Below are positions 34,405-51,449 of a stretch of DNA of 64,000 nucleotides, one piece after another; within the stretch, counting starts at the first letter, position 1; every line of letters begins with the position of its first letter. A model generated the notes under the pieces. That model saw only the letters and a list, made by a program, of their open reading frames with translations, was not told where the DNA came from and did not search any database. The position numbers and the translations under genes were made by a program. The stretch comes from the human T2T-CHM13v2.0 reference genome, Homo sapiens: the NCBI RefSeq assembly GCF_009914755.1, contig NC_060944.1; one strand, given 5' to 3'.

Positions 34405-34920
34405 AACCATCTCTCACCATTGCCAGGGCCCTGGTCAGAACCACTATCATCTCCCAACTGGAGGTTGCCACAGCTTGGCCTCCCTGCTTCTACCCAAATC
34501 TTCCCACAATCTTTCCCAACTCAGCCGCCATGGGATGCTGTAAATCAGTAGACAGTTTGTGTCACCTCTCTGCTCAGAACCCTTCCGCATCTCCCATCTC
34601 AGACAGAAAAAAAGCCAAAGCCCCAGCAATAGCCTCCCAGGGCTTACACAATCTGTACTGATCTGAGCCCAACAACTCCCTGGCCTCCTTCCCTACTTCT
34701 CTCCCTCTCTCTACTCCACAGACCTCTTTCCTGAGCTTCAGACACACCACAGAGTTCCCTCTTAGCATCTTTATTCTGTTGTTTCTGCCTACAATGCTCT
34801 TCCCTCAGTACCTTGGCCAGCTCCTTCCCCTCCTTCAAGTCTTTGCTCAATTTTCACTTAGGAGGCCAACCCTGACCACTCTATTTAATATTGCTATCTG
34901 TCCCTATTCCTGCCATGCTC
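34405..34920. mobile_element. L2 fragment
   Basis: ccactatcatctccc...ggcctccctgcttcta...gctcagaacccttcc...ctgcctacaatgctcttccc, typical L2 motifs. Confidence 0.65.
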
Positions 34921-34926
34921 ACTCAT

Positions 34927-35224
34927 TTCTTTTTTCTTTTTTTTTTTAAGATACAATCTTGCTGTGTCACTCAGGCTGGGGTGCCATGGCACGATCACAA
35001 TGCACTGAGACCTGGAGCTCCTAAGTCAAGAAATCATCCCGCCTCAGGGCCTCTAGTAGCCAAGACTACAAGTGCATGCCACCACACCTGCTATTTTTTT
35101 TTTTCCATGTAGATAGTGTATCATTTTGTTTCCCAGACTTATTGTGAACTCCTGGGCCAAAGCAACCATCCTGCCTCAGCCAACTAAATAGCTGGAATTA
35201 TAGGTGTGGGCCACCAACCCTGGC
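34927..35224 (-). mobile_element. AluJ
   Basis: Antisense Alu. Confidence 0.85.
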
Positions 35225-35227
35225 TCA

Positions 35228-35584
35228 TGTTCATTTCTTCTTGCTGCTGTTACAAACTACCCTACATTGAGTGGCTTAATACACCACAAATCTACTACCT
35301 AACAGGTCTGGGGGCAAGAAGTCCAAAATAGGTCTATTAAGGCTAACGTCAAGTTGCCAGCAGGACTGCATCCCTTCTGGAGGTTCTGGAGAGAATATGT
35401 TCCCTTGCCTTTCCCAGTTGCTAAAGCCACCCCTATTCTTTGGCTCATGGTCCCTAATTGCATCTTCAAAGCCAGAAGCAAAGCATATTCGAATCTCCCT
35501 CTGTGACCTGTGCTTCCATCATCAAATCTCCTTCAATTCTGACTCTCTTACCTCCCTCTTTCACTTATAAAGACCTCTTGTGAT
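35228..35584. mobile_element. MLT1-type MaLR LTR
   Basis: gctgctgttacaaactacc...gagtggcttaa...ccttctggaggttctggagagaat. Confidence 0.7.
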
Positions 35585-36036
<452 letters not shown>

Positions 36037-36552
36037 AATACACATTTGGTTTCTGCCCCTCATCCTGACACAGAGCTTCTCAAGTTCTTATAAAGGCCTT
36101 GGTGATGAAGGTGATGGGACATCTTTTGTTTCAATATTTGGTCTTAGTCCCAGGTTTCTGACACAAGAACCTCTAAGACCTTTGGGATCACCATAGTAAG
36201 AATGCATTTGGTGATGTTACTGAGATGACTGGGTGACTGAAAGCTCCTAGACAGCTTCAGAAAAAGGGCTAGTTGTTGTCAGAATAACAAACCATGTGAT
36301 TAGAGGCTTGGAACTGTCAGACTCACCCACTGGGCTCCAGGAAGAAATAGTGGCCGAAGACTGACTTAATCACCAATGGTCAATGACTTCATCAATCATG
36401 CCTGCATAATGAAGCGTTCATAAGCACCCTCAACAACTGGAGTTGGAGAATGTCTGGGTTGCTGAACACAAGAGAGATACCAGGAAGGTAACATGCACAA
36501 TAGAGGGCATGGAAGTTCTGTACCCCTCCCGACATACCTTGCCCTGTGTTTT

Positions 36553-36583
<31 letters not shown>

Positions 36584-37556
36584 GAGACAGTGTCTGGCTC
36601 TGTCTCCCAGCCTAGAGTGCCATGGCACAATCGTGGCTCACTGCGACCTATGCCTCCCTAGTCAAGCCCCATCCTCTCATCCTCTCACCTCAGCCTCCTG
36701 AGTAGCTAGAATTATAGGCACTGAGTAGCTAGAACTATAGATAACTGTGCCTGGCTAATTTTTAGAAAAATCTTTTTGTAGAGATGCATTTTCACCATTT
36801 TACCCAGGCTGGTCTTAATCTCCTGAGCACTTAAGCGATGCTCCCGCCTCAGTCTCCCAAAGTGCTGAAATTACAGGCATGAGCCACTGTGCCCAGCATG
36901 TACATCTCTTTCCCTGGCTGTTTCTGAGATTTAGCCTTTAAAATGAACCAGTAAAAGAAAGTAAATTGGTGAGATGCAGTGGTTCATGCCCATAATCCCA
37001 GCATTTTGTGAAGTTGAGGTGGGAGGATCATGGGAGCCCAGAAATTTGAGACCAGCCTGGGCAACATAACAAGACCCCATCTCTACAAAAAGTAAAAGAA
37101 CATAGCGAGATATGCTGGTACGGGCCTATAATCTCAGCTATTTGGGAGGCTGAGATGGGAGGATCACTTGAGCCCAGGAGTCCCATGCTACAGTGAGCTT
37201 TGATCACACCACTGCTTTCCAGCCTGGCAACAGACTGAGACCCTGTATCTCAGAAAAAAAAAGAAAACAATCTGTTTTTCTGAGTTCTGCAAGCTGTCCA
37301 AGCAAATGATTCCACCCACCAATGGGGGTCATGAAACCCTGTTTTCTCACTGGTTGGTCAAAACTACATGTAACAACCCAAGACTTGCAATTGGCATGTG
37401 GAGTGAGGGTAGACTCCTGGTACTGAGCCCCCATCCTGCAGGGTCTGCACTAACTCCAGGGAGTGTCAGGATGGAATTGTGGGATACCCAGTTGGGATCC
37501 AGATTGTCCGAAAATCAGTGTACAAACTCCACACGCACATTTGGTCAGAGGTGTTT
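36037..37556. mobile_element. MER21-like LTR, interrupted by Alus at 36549-36897 (-) and 36967-37265 (+)
   Basis: tttctgacacaagaacctctaagacctttggga, aatcaccaatggtcaatgacttcatcaatcatgcct, gacttgcaattggcat. Confidence 0.65.
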
Positions 37557-37643
37557 GACTGTAACTGCTATTCACAAAAAAGGTCTACTCATTAGAACTA
37601 AAAATCACAAAATTGTAAGTTCTACAAAAACAAATCAACCTTA

Positions 37644-37838
<195 letters not shown>

Positions 37839-38031
37839 TTAGTGGTAGAAATCCAGTGCCCTAAACTCACATCCAGAGCTGTGAGAGTTTTTTACCGGCT
37901 GGATAATTCACAGTTTTCTTGAATCAGGGAAAAATAAGACTCAGAAACTAGGAATTTGTTTTGCCCAAAACTCTCATCAGATACAGAATCCATCCGCTAA
38001 CTATCTAGCATTATTTCCATAAGTTAGATCA

Positions 38032-38421
<390 letters not shown>

Positions 38422-38562
38422 TTACAACCCAGTGATGGGCTACCACTACTCAACACAGCAAAGAGGTGCCAAGCTCCCTTTCTCCCCTGCACAACCTGAC
38501 ACAGAAGAGTTGGTGCAGTGGAATGAGGCTGGATGGAGAGAAGTTCCTCTTCTTTCTTTCCT

Positions 38563-38865
38563 TTTTTTTTTTTTGAGATGGACTCTCGCTCTGTCACACA
38601 GGCTGGGGTGCAGTGGTGCAATCTCGGTCACTCTAACCTCTGCCTTACGGGTTTAATCAATTCTCTGTCTCAGCCTTCCGAATACCTGGGATTAGAGATG
38701 CCCCCCACCACACCCAGCTAATTTTTTGTTTGTTTGTTTGTTTTTTTAGTGGAGACTGGGTTTCACTATGTTGGCCAGGCTGGTCTTGAACTCCTGACCT
38801 TGTGATCCACCTGCCTCAGCCTCCCAAAGTGCTAGGATTACAGGCATGAGTCGCTGTGCCCAGCC
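38563..38865 (-). mobile_element. AluS
   Basis: Antisense Alu; TSD-like agaagttcctct. Confidence 0.92.
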
Positions 38866-39631
38866 AAGAAGTTCCTCTTCTTACTTAGAAAACAGATCAC
38901 AGGGCATCAAGTAACACATAAAATCCTTTATAATAAGCAGTATTATTTTTGGAAAACCTTTCCTAATATTTTGGTATCAGCAAAAAGCCTCAGATTAATT
39001 TCAAACACTATAAAAATACAATACATAAAAAGAAAATATTAACTGTCAGCAATGCTATAGAGAAATTGGAAGCTGTATGCATTGCTTTTTGGAATGTAAA
39101 ATGGTACAGACCACTGTGGAAAATGGTTTAGCAGCTCTTTAAAAATATGAAGCACAGAATTATATGATCCATCAACACCCTTTAAGCGTATATACCCAAA
39201 AGAACTGAGAGCAGGGACTCAAACAGGTATTTGTACACCCGATTAACAGCAGCATTATTCAGTGGCCAAAAGGTAGCCCAAACCTAATACCCATCAGTAG
39301 GTGAATAGATAAAGAAAATGTAATATATACATACATAGAATATTATTCAGCCATAAAAAGAAAAATATCTGGCCAGATTCAGGGGCTTACACCTGTAATC
39401 CCAGTATTTTGGGAGGCCAAGGTGGGCAGGTCTCTTGAGCCCCATATTTTGAGACCAGGCTGGACAACATGGCACATTTGGTTAGAAGTGTTTGACCATA
39501 ACTACTATTCCAGAAAAAGATCGACTCATTAGAACTATAAATCATAAAATTATAAGTTCTACAAAAACAAATCAACCTTATCTACCACCCAGTTCTACCC
39601 AATTATATCATGTTAGAAAAGAAGGTCTCAC

Positions 39632-39786
39632 TGTGGACTCGAGAGCTGATATGAGCAATGTCACCACCATCCTGCTCTCCACGGAATCATCTTCAACAGA
39701 CTCCTCATCTTCAATGGACTCCTCATCTTCCATGGACTCCTCATCTTCCATGGGCAGGGTGAAAACTGCAACTTGTGCCATGATCC
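39632..39786 (-). pseudogene. GTF2I: GTF2I/GTF2IRD2 first coding exon, copy 2
   Basis: cag|ggatcATG...; reads [50 protein letters not shown]|gtgaga. Confidence 0.92.
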
Positions 39787-40034
39787 CTGTGCAAAAAAGT
39801 AGTAAGAAATTGAATGGTAGAAATGCAATGTCCTAAAATCACATCCAGAGCTGTGAGAGTTTCTCACCGGCTGCCAAATTGTTTTTTGCGTCAGAGAAAA
39901 AAATAAAACTTGGTAACTTGGTATTCAATTTGCCCAAAACTCTCATCACATAGAGAATCCATCCACTAACTTTCTATCTAGTATTATTTCCATGAAGTTA
40001 CATCAATATCACTCCCAAAATAAATCCAGGTGGA

Positions 40035-40695
40035 AGACTAAATCCAAAGCTAGCAGAAGGAAAGAAACAATAAAGACCATAATTAGAGCATAAATCAATA
40101 AAATAGAAGGTTGGAGAGCAGTAGAATGAAAAAATGTAGATTCTTTGAAAGATCAAGCCTTTCACTATATTGACTGAGAAAAAGATGGAATACTAATTAT
40201 TAAAATAATAAATGAAAGCAGAGCCATTACTACCAACTTTACAGAAATACAAAAGGATTACAGGAGTATACTGTGAACAACTGTCTAACAACAAATTAGG
40301 TGCCCTGGATGAAATGGATGAAACACTAGAAAGACACAAACTACCAAAGTGGCTCAAGAAGAAAGAGAAAATCTGAATAGACCTATAACCTAGGAGACTG
40401 AATTAGTAATCGAAAGCGATTAACAAAGAAACATTTATGACCAAATAGCTGCATTAACTGCTGAGTCAACCTAATATTTAAAGAAGAATTAATACCATTT
40501 CTTCTCAAACTCTTCTGACAAAATATATGAAGAAGGAATACTTGCTAATTCATTTTTTGATAACAGCATTATCCTTATACCAAAGCCAAAGAGAGCACAA
40601 AAGAGAGAAATACAGCACTATATCCCTTATGAATATATAAGCAAAAATCTCAGCAAAATACTAGCAATACTAGCAAAATACTAGCAGCAATATTG
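40035..40695 (+). mobile_element. Old L1M ORF2 fragment
   Basis: aaagctagcagaaggaaagaa, gatgaaatggat, aaaatctgaatagacc, atccttataccaaagcc. Confidence 0.8.
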
Positions 40696-40698
40696 TAA

Positions 40699-43600
40699 TT
40701 ACCTGGGGTCTGGGCATCCACCTAGGGCTTAAGTATCCTCCTGGGGCCTTGAGTTTTACTGGGGACTCGTGTCTGCCTTGGACCTGGGTGTACCTCTGTG
40801 GCCTAGTGTACACCTTGAGAGTGATGTCAACCTGGGGACAGATGTCCTCTTGGGGTCTGAGTGTGCACCTGGTGCCTGATGTCTGCCTGGGGACTTGTGT
40901 TCACCTGAGACCTGATATCCACCTGGGGACTGGGCGTCCACGAGGGGCTGATGTTCAGCTGTACACTGGATATCCACCTGGGGCTTAAGGATCCACCCAG
41001 AAACTGATGTCAAACTGGGGCCTGATGTCTACCTGCGGACTAAGTATCCATGTGAGGCTTGATGTTCATCCGCAGCCAGACGTCCATCTGATGCTTGATG
41101 TCCACCTTAGTCCTGGGTGTCTACTGGAGACCTCATGTCCAACTAGAGCTTAGGAACCTACTGGGGGCCTCGTGTAAACCTGGGAACTGGTATGCAGCTG
41201 GGTCCCAATGATCCCCTGGGTCATATTATTCACCTAGTGCCTGGTGTCCACTTGGAGCTTGAGTGTCAGCCTTAGGTCTTGTGTTCATCTTTGACGTGGT
41301 GTCCACCTGGGACTTGAGTATCAACCTGAGGACTTGGTGTCCAATTGAGGTGTCATGACCACCTGGGGACTGAATGTCAACCTTGGGTCTGATGTAAACC
41401 TCTAGTTCAGTATCCACCTGGGGCCAGATGTCTTCCTAGAGACTTATATTCACTTTTGACCTGATGTCCACCTGGGGACTTGCTATCCATCCATGGTCTG
41501 ATATTCACCTGGGGACAGATGTTCAACTGTGGCCAGAAGTGCACCTGAGGTCTGGGCTTCCACCTGGGGCCTGATGTTTAGCTGGGGCTAGAGTTTACGT
41601 GGAGAATGATGTCCACCTGAAGTTTGATGTTTACCCGGGGCCTGATACCTGCCTGGTGCCCAAGTATTCTCATGTGCCTAATGTCCACTAGTTGGCCTGG
41701 TGTTCATCTGAGGGCTTGGTGTCAACCAGTGGCTTTACATACACCTGGATTCTAGTGTCCTCCTGGGGCCTTATGCTTACCAGGAGTCTAGTGTACCCCT
41801 GGGGTCTAGTATCCACCTGGAGTCTGGGTGTCCATCTGAGCCAATGTTGAGCTTAGACTGAGTGTCAGCCTGAGGGCTGATGTCTACTTAGGGCATAGGC
41901 ATTCACCTGGGGCTTGTTGTTTACCTGGGGACTAATGTCAACTTTGAGCCTAGGTATCCACCTGGGGAATAGTGTCCAGTTGCAGCCAGATGTCCACCTG
42001 TGGCCTGAAGCATGGTTGTTATCCTAAGGCCTTGTATTAGTCCATTTTCACACTGTTATAAAAAACTACCTGATATTGGGCAACTTATGAGGAAAAGAAG
42101 TTTAACTGACCCACAGTTCTTCAGGCTTAATAGGGAGCATGACTGGGTAGGCCCAGGACACTTACAATCATGATGTAAAGCCAAGAGGAAGCAAGCCCTT
42201 TTTACCATGGGGGAGGAGGAGGGAGAGAGAAGGGGGATGTGCTACACACTTTCAAATAACCAGATCTCGTAAGAACTCTATCACGAGAACAGCAAGTGGG
42301 AAGTCTGCCCCCATGATTCAATCACCTCTCACCATGCCCCTTCTTCAACCCATGGGGATTACAATTCAACCTGAGATTTGGGTAGAGACATAGAGCCAAT
42401 ATCAGGCCTGATGCCCGCCTGGAGTCATGTCTACCTGAGGCCTAATGTAGACATGAGGCCTGGGCATCCACCTAGGACATCATGTTAAGATAGGTTCTGG
42501 AGTTCTTTTGGTGTCTAGTGTATACCTGGGGCCCAGATGTATAACTAGAGCCTGATGTTTCAGATGGAAACCTGCGCCCCAGGTGCTCATCAGATCCTAG
42601 GTGAAAATTCAGGCTTCAAGTGCACATCAGACTCCAAGTGGACACATAGGCCCCAGGTTGATACCAAGATTTCAGGTAGACTCTGGGTCCCAGAAAAACA
42701 CCCCGCCCTAGATGGACAGCTGAACCTGAGTAGGCATCAGGCCCCAGATCAACATCTGGCCCCAGGTAGATTCCTAGGCCCAAGGTTAATACTCAGTCTC
42801 CAGCCCTAGGGGAATTCAGTCTTAGATGACTAAGGACTGGTTTTCCTCTGGGGCCTCATGTCTACCTGGGCCCTGGGAGTGCACATGGAGCCAGATGTCT
42901 ATAAAGGGCCTGAGTGTCCACTAGGGCCTGAGGTTCACCAGAAGCATAGACATCCACCTAGGACCTCGTGTCCACCTAAAACCTGGTGTTCACCTGGGGC
43001 CTGGGTGACAACCTGGGATCTGATGTTCACCTGAGGCCCAGAGTTCAGCTGGTGCCTATGTCAGCCTGGCACCTGATGCACACGAGAGGACTAGGTGCCC
43101 ACCTGAGGACTGGTGTTCATGGGGAACTGGTGTTCAGCTGTGGCTTGATGACCATCTGGGTCCTGGTGTCCTCCTTGAACCTGATGTCCACCTGGGACTG
43201 CATGCTTACCCAGGGCCTGGTGTCCCCCTGGGGCCTGGTGTGCCCCTGAGACCTGGGATCCTCCTGGGCCTAGTATCCACTTGGGGCCTCATATCCATCT
43301 GGAACTGGGTGTCCTTCTGGTGCTTGAGTGTCCTCCTGGGGCCTGGGGTTCTCCTGGGGCCTGGGTGTACATCTCTGGCCTGATGTCCACCTTGGGATGG
43401 ATGTCCATCTGGGAACAGATGTTCACTTGTGGCCTGAGTATCCATCTTGCGTCTAATGTCTACCTGGGGTCTGGTGTTTGCCTGAGGCCTTTTATCCACC
43501 TGGGGCCTGGGCATCCATTTGAGGCCTGATGTCTACCTAAGACCCGGTGTTTAACTGGGGCACAGACTTCTTCCTGGAGCCCGACATTCATCTTTAGCCT

Positions 43601-46600
43601 GAAGTTCACCTATGCCTGTTGTCTACCTGTGGCCTATGTGTCAACCTAGGGCCTGATGACCACCCTGAGTTCAGTGTTCACCTGGGGCCTGACATCTGCC
43701 TGGAGTCTGGGTGTCCACATAGGGCCTGATGTTGGCTTGAAACCAAAGTATTTACCTAGGGCCGGGGTGTCTACTTAGAGCCTGACTTCTACATGGTTCA
43801 TTGTGTCAACCTGGGGCCTGATGTCCACTTAGGGCCTAGGTAAGCTCCTTATGACTAAAGTCCACACGGGGGCTGAAACCATCTCAGACCTTGTGTTAAT
43901 CTAGGGCTTAGTGTCCACCTGAGGCCAGCCTAGGACCTGGTGACCCCCTGGGGTCAAGCTATCCACCTTGGGCCTGATGACCAATTGGGGCTTAAAGATC
44001 TACTTAGAGACTGGTGTCAACCTGGAACCTGATGTCCACTTGGAGTCTGGTGTACACCTTGGGCCTGATGCCCACCTTGGCACAGGTGTACACTTTGGGC
44101 CTAGTGTGCACCTGAAGCCTAGGTGTCAACCTGGGTCTTGATGCATACCTTTAGTCAAGTGTTTAACTGGGGCCTGATGAAATACTGGAGACTGATTTAC
44201 ACCTGTGTACTGGGTCTCCACCTGGGGCCTGATGTCCACCTGCAGCCAGATATCCACCTGGCATCAGATGTCTATGAGGAATCTGGGTGTCCACCTTGAA
44301 AATTATGTATTCCAAGAGACTAGGCATGCACATTGGGCCTGGGGTGCACCTGGGTCCTGATGTCTACCTGAGGCTGGTATTGAACTGGGGCCTGTGTGTT
44401 CACTTGGAGCCTGATGTCCATTTGGAACCTGGTGTTCACCTAGGACATGTGTATCCACCTGGGTCCTGATTTTCAGGTGGGGAGTGGATATAGACCTGGG
44501 ATCTGATGGCCACCTATGCTATAAGTAACCCAACCACCTGAGGCCTGATGTTCACCTGCAGCCTGATATCCACCTGGTACCTGTGTGTCAATCTAGTGCC
44601 TGGTGTTCACTTGAGGACTAGGTAAATACCTGGGGCTTGGTGTTCACCAGGGTCCTGGTGTTCATCTTGCACCCAGTGTCTACCTGGACCCTGTGTATCA
44701 ACCTGTGGCCTAGGTGGCCACTTGGAGCTTTATGTGCACCTGGGGCCTGAGAGTTTCCTAGGATCTGATGACCACTGGGGCCCAGGTATCCACCTGGGAC
44801 ATCAGGCTCCAAGTGTATATCCAGGCTCCATATGGACACCAGGCCAGGAAAACGCCAGCTCTTATCTGAATATCAGGTCCTAGATGGATGCCCAGGCCCC
44901 ATGTGTACATCAGGCCCCGGGTATACACTGGACTCCAGGTGGACACCAGCACTCAATTGGATACACACACTCAAGTGGACACCAGGCCCCACGTGAATTC
45001 CTACACTCCAGGTGAACATCAGGTCCCAAGTGGATACCTGGACCACAGGTGGATACCAGTCTCTAAATTAATACCAGGCCTCAGATGGTCCTTAGGAGCC
45101 ATGTGGGCATTAGTCATCAGGAAGTTACCTAGGCCCAAAGTGGACATCAGGCCCCCTGTTGACACAAGATATATTTGGAAGTCAGGCCCCAGGTGGACAC
45201 CCAGGCCCTAGGTAAATACTTAGGTCCCAGGTTGAGAGCAGGACAGCAGGCCCTATGTGAACACTCAGAACTCAGGTGGACATCAGGCCTCAGGTGGACA
45301 TCTGAGTTCATCTGGAACCTCGTGTTATAGGCCCCATGTAAACACCAGGCCTTAGGTGGATACCCAATCTCTAGGTGGACATCAGAGCTCAGATTGACAC
45401 TAAGACTCCAGTAGACATAATGTACCAATGAATATCCAGGCCCCTGGTAAATACCCAGGCCCCAGATTGACATCAGGGTCTATGTGGACCCACAGGCCCT
45501 GGGTAGTAAACAGGCCCAAGGTGGATGCTGGACTGGACATCAGGTCCTAGGTTGACAACCATGCTTCAAGTTGACACCAGGCACCAAGTGAACATCTGGT
45601 CCCAGCTGGACACTAGTCCCCTGGTGAATACCTGGGCTCAAGGTTGACCTCAGGCCCCATGTGAACACTAGACCCCAGCTAAACACTTATGCCCTAAGTG
45701 GACATCAGGCCTCAGGTGGTTACCCAGTCCCAAGGTGAACATCAGGACCCCGATGAGCACCAGTTATCAAGTGGATTCCCAGGCCCCAGGTGAATATCAA
45801 GTCCTAGGTGGATACCAGGCCCCAGGTGGATACCAGGATCCTGGTAGACATCAGGTCCCAAGAGGACACTAGAACCCAGGAGTACATTAGGCCACAGGTT
45901 ATCACAAAGGACCCAGATGAATAGCAGGCCAACTTGTGGACATCAGGCCTGAGAAGGGTCCTTGGGCTCCAGGTGGATATCAGGCCCCAGGTGAATATCC
46001 AGCACTCAGATGAACATTAGGCTTCAGGTAGACATCATGCCTCAGGTGAACTCTAGGCCCCAGCTGAACATCAGGCCCCAGGTGGATGCCCAGGATCCGG
46101 GTGCACATCTGGCCACAGTTGGACATTCAACCCCTGGTGACCATCAGGCCATGGGTGAATACACGGTTTCCAGGTAGACATCAGATCAAAGGTGAACATC
46201 AGTCCCCCAGTGGATATCAGGCCCAAGATGGACACTGAACTAGAGGTTTACATCAGGCCACATGTTGACACCTAGTACCAGGTGGATATCAGGCCCCAAG
46301 TGGATACCTAGGCTTCCAGTGAATTTCAGACCCCAGGTTGACATTCAGGCCCTCAGTGGTCATCTGGCCTCATGCGAACACTCAGACCCCAGGTGCAAAT
46401 GATGTCTCAACTGAATACCAAACCCCTAGTTTGATACCCAAGGCCCAGGTGGACACCAGGTCCAAGGCTGACACTCAAGCCCTAAGTGAATATCAAACTC
46501 TAGGTGAATAATTCAACCCAGGTGGTCATTAGGACCTAGCTGGATACCAGTCCCCAGGTTAACACAAGGCCCCCAGTGGGCACCTAGGCACCAGCTGGAC

Positions 46601-47450
46601 ATCAGGCCCTATGTAAACACCCGGGTCTCAGGTGAACACCATGCCCCAGGTGTACATCAGGCCCTAGGTGGACACGGGGCCACAGGTGGACATCTAGCCG
46701 CTGGGCAACATCCAGCCCCAGGTGGACATAACTGTTTCCATGGATAAACCATTCCCAGGTTGACATCAGGCCTCAAGAGGATAGCAGTCACCAGGTAGAC
46801 ATCAGGCCTCAGATAGACACCAAGTTCCCAGATGTACAGTAGGCCCCAACCGAACCCCAGACTCATGTGGACATCAGGCCACAGGTAGACACCAAGCCTT
46901 AGGTAGATACCTAAATTCAGGTAGACATCAGACCCAAGGTGGACACCCAGTCCCCAGGTGGGCAATCAGGCCCCAGGCACACATCAGGCCTTAAGTGGAC
47001 ACCCAGGCCCCAGGTTGATATCCAGCTCCCAGGTGATCACCAAGCCCCAGGTAGACACCAGGCCATAGGTGAGCAACAGGATGCAGTAGGTCATCAGGCC
47101 ACAGTTGGATACCAGTCCCCGGTGATCACAAGGCCCCAGTGGGACATAGATCTAAGGCAGATATCAGGCCCCAGGTGGACATACAGGCCTGAGGTGGAAT
47201 TCACCCTGAGGGGGACATTCAGCCCCAGGTATGCATCAGGCCTCAGGTGAATAACCAGCCCCCAGGTGGACATTAGCCTGCAGGTCAACCACAGTCCCCA
47301 GGTTGATACGTGGTCCCCAGGTAGCTACCCAATCTGCAGGGTAACATTAGGCCCCTGTAGTTTCCCAGGCCCCAAGTGGATTCCTAGGCCCCTGGTGAAC
47401 ATCGGGTGCAGGTGTCCAAGCAGGCCCTGGGTGGACATAACTGTGTACAG
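40699..47450. repeat. Divergent 18-bp tandem satellite (consensus ~CCTGGGGCCTGATGTCCA) with internal inversions
   Basis: Hundreds of degenerate 18-mers; orientation A 40699-42560 and 42830-44775, orientation B ~42575-42805 and 44780-47450. Confidence 0.9.
42033..42404 (-). mobile_element. MSTA-like MaLR solo LTR inside the 18-mer array
   Basis: tgtattagtccatt...gattacaattcaacctgagatttgggt...atatca; 5-bp TSD ggcct at 42028-42032 and 42405-42409. Confidence 0.9.
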
Positions 47451-47606
47451 GTAAGGAGTTGACCTGTGGGGAGGATGAGCAGTCAGCAGCCCACTGGGGT
47501 CCTGAGTAGGTCTTCTGGAAGGAGGAGGCCGAGGGGATGGAACCTTAAAGAAGTGACCTCACTTCCTTGGCAACAGACCCTAACAGAACTTAGAATTCTG
47601 GTAACC

Positions 47607-48193
<587 letters not shown>

Positions 48194-48253
48194 AATCCCA
48201 ATAACCAGGCACCCACATCCTAGAGTTAGCCCCATAGCCAGCTCACTTGGTAG

Positions 48254-49471
<1,218 letters not shown>

Positions 49472-49809
49472 GTTTGACTTTTTGAAATTTCCATGACTTC
49501 TTTCACTCCCTAATATTGTAGATGATGTTTTTGAGGTGACATTGAAAACCTCTGATAGTTGTGTGTTTTGTTATGGCTCTTTGTGTGATTAAATTACCAT
49601 CTGATCAAGTGATATTGAAAACCCTTCAGGTATGGCTTTTAGAAGACTTTGACCTATTTTTGCTTGTGTTGACTCTCCCTCCAGCTTTGTGGAAAGGGGG
49701 ATCATGTAGCTTCATTTCTCAGGCAGATCAGTCACCTTTTGCCATCAAAGTTTTAGCATCCATTTCCAAAATTTGGTGTACAAGTTGATATTTTGGTGTT
49801 TTTAGCTAA

Positions 49810-50155
49810 TCTGGGGTCAAAACAGAATGCCATAGGTGAGGAAGCTTATAAATCAATTTGTTTCTTTCAGTTTTGGAGATGGCAAAATTCAAGGTCAAGT
49901 GGTTAGCAGATTCCATGTCTGGTGTGGGCTTGCTTTGTGGTTCATAGACAGCCATGTTTCTACCATGTCCTCACATGACAGAAGGGATGAGGGAGCTTTC
50001 TATGGTGCCTTCAATAGGGGCTACTAATCCCACTCTTGTGGTCCCTGCCTTCATGATCTAATCATTCCCCAAGGCCCTACCTCCAAATATCATCACATAG
50101 GGAATTAGATTTCAGCACTTGAATTTGAGGGGGACAATAACATTTGGTCTATAGC
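49810..50155. mobile_element. MaLR LTR (MSTD/MLT1A-like)
   Basis: tcctcacatgacagaaggg...catgatctaatcattccccaaggccctacctccaaatatcatcaca...gaatttgagggggaca. Confidence 0.72.
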
Positions 50156-50626
50156 ATCAGGTTACCCAGAGCCTTATGCATTCAGAGGAAATCCAAAATC
50201 TTCTATAAGTATTCGCTGGTCCCCTCTGGGCTTAGGGAAATCTTTAATTGCAGCTCTTGATTCAGCTTGGTCCAAGCTTAAATTCTACATTTGCCTGCAT
50301 AACTTGTTCATGGGACAGAGGGAAGTTTAGAGGCAACTGACCATTTGGAGCTTTAGGACAATTGATGGAAGAGGGCTTGGCATCTGGATGAGAAGTGGAG
50401 GGAGAATAGAACAAAGGCACAGAAGGAGAGAGTACAATGAGAAAGGGGAAGAGGGACATCTGGACATAAGGGCCAACTGGAGGGCAGGGAAGGTAATTTT
50501 CCTTGCATTTTAAACTCAGACCACATATCACATCAGAATCACCTAAGGGAGACATTTTCAATGCATATTCCTGGGTTTCTTCTCTTGGAAATTTTTATTT
50601 CTTAAATCTTGAGTTGTGCTGATTTA

Positions 50627-50936
<310 letters not shown>

Positions 50937-51449
50937 TTTGTGGATAATTCTGATGCAATTAGAAAACAAAGCAGAGCTTGAAAACCACTGGGTTGGGACG
51001 TATGTCAGGAAGACATCTGATTATGTAAAATAACTGCAAAACAAACTAAGGGGAATTATCTTAAAATGCTTGAATATAATTATATAATTCAACTCTTCCT
51101 ATGTATGTAGTTTGACCACATATTTGATGTCTGCTATACTAAGATTGGAAATGTGTAGAAGTTTTTTCAAAAATCAGGTAGAAGCACAGAAAAAAGGGGT
51201 TGGAGAGAAAAGAAAACTAGCTATTGTCTGGTAACAAGAGAAGAGAAGGGAAACGAAGTAGCATATTTTTGTTCATTGTTTGATGGCATCTAAATTATGA
51301 TCCCAAATATTTTTTTCTAAGAAATCCAATAATACAAGTATTCAGAGTGGAGTACCAACACTGGTTTACTGAGAAAGAGAAGTGTACTCTGTTTTGCTGC
51401 ATAATGTTGAGGGAGAAGGAAAGGAAAATTAGTTGAGTAAACAAGTAAG

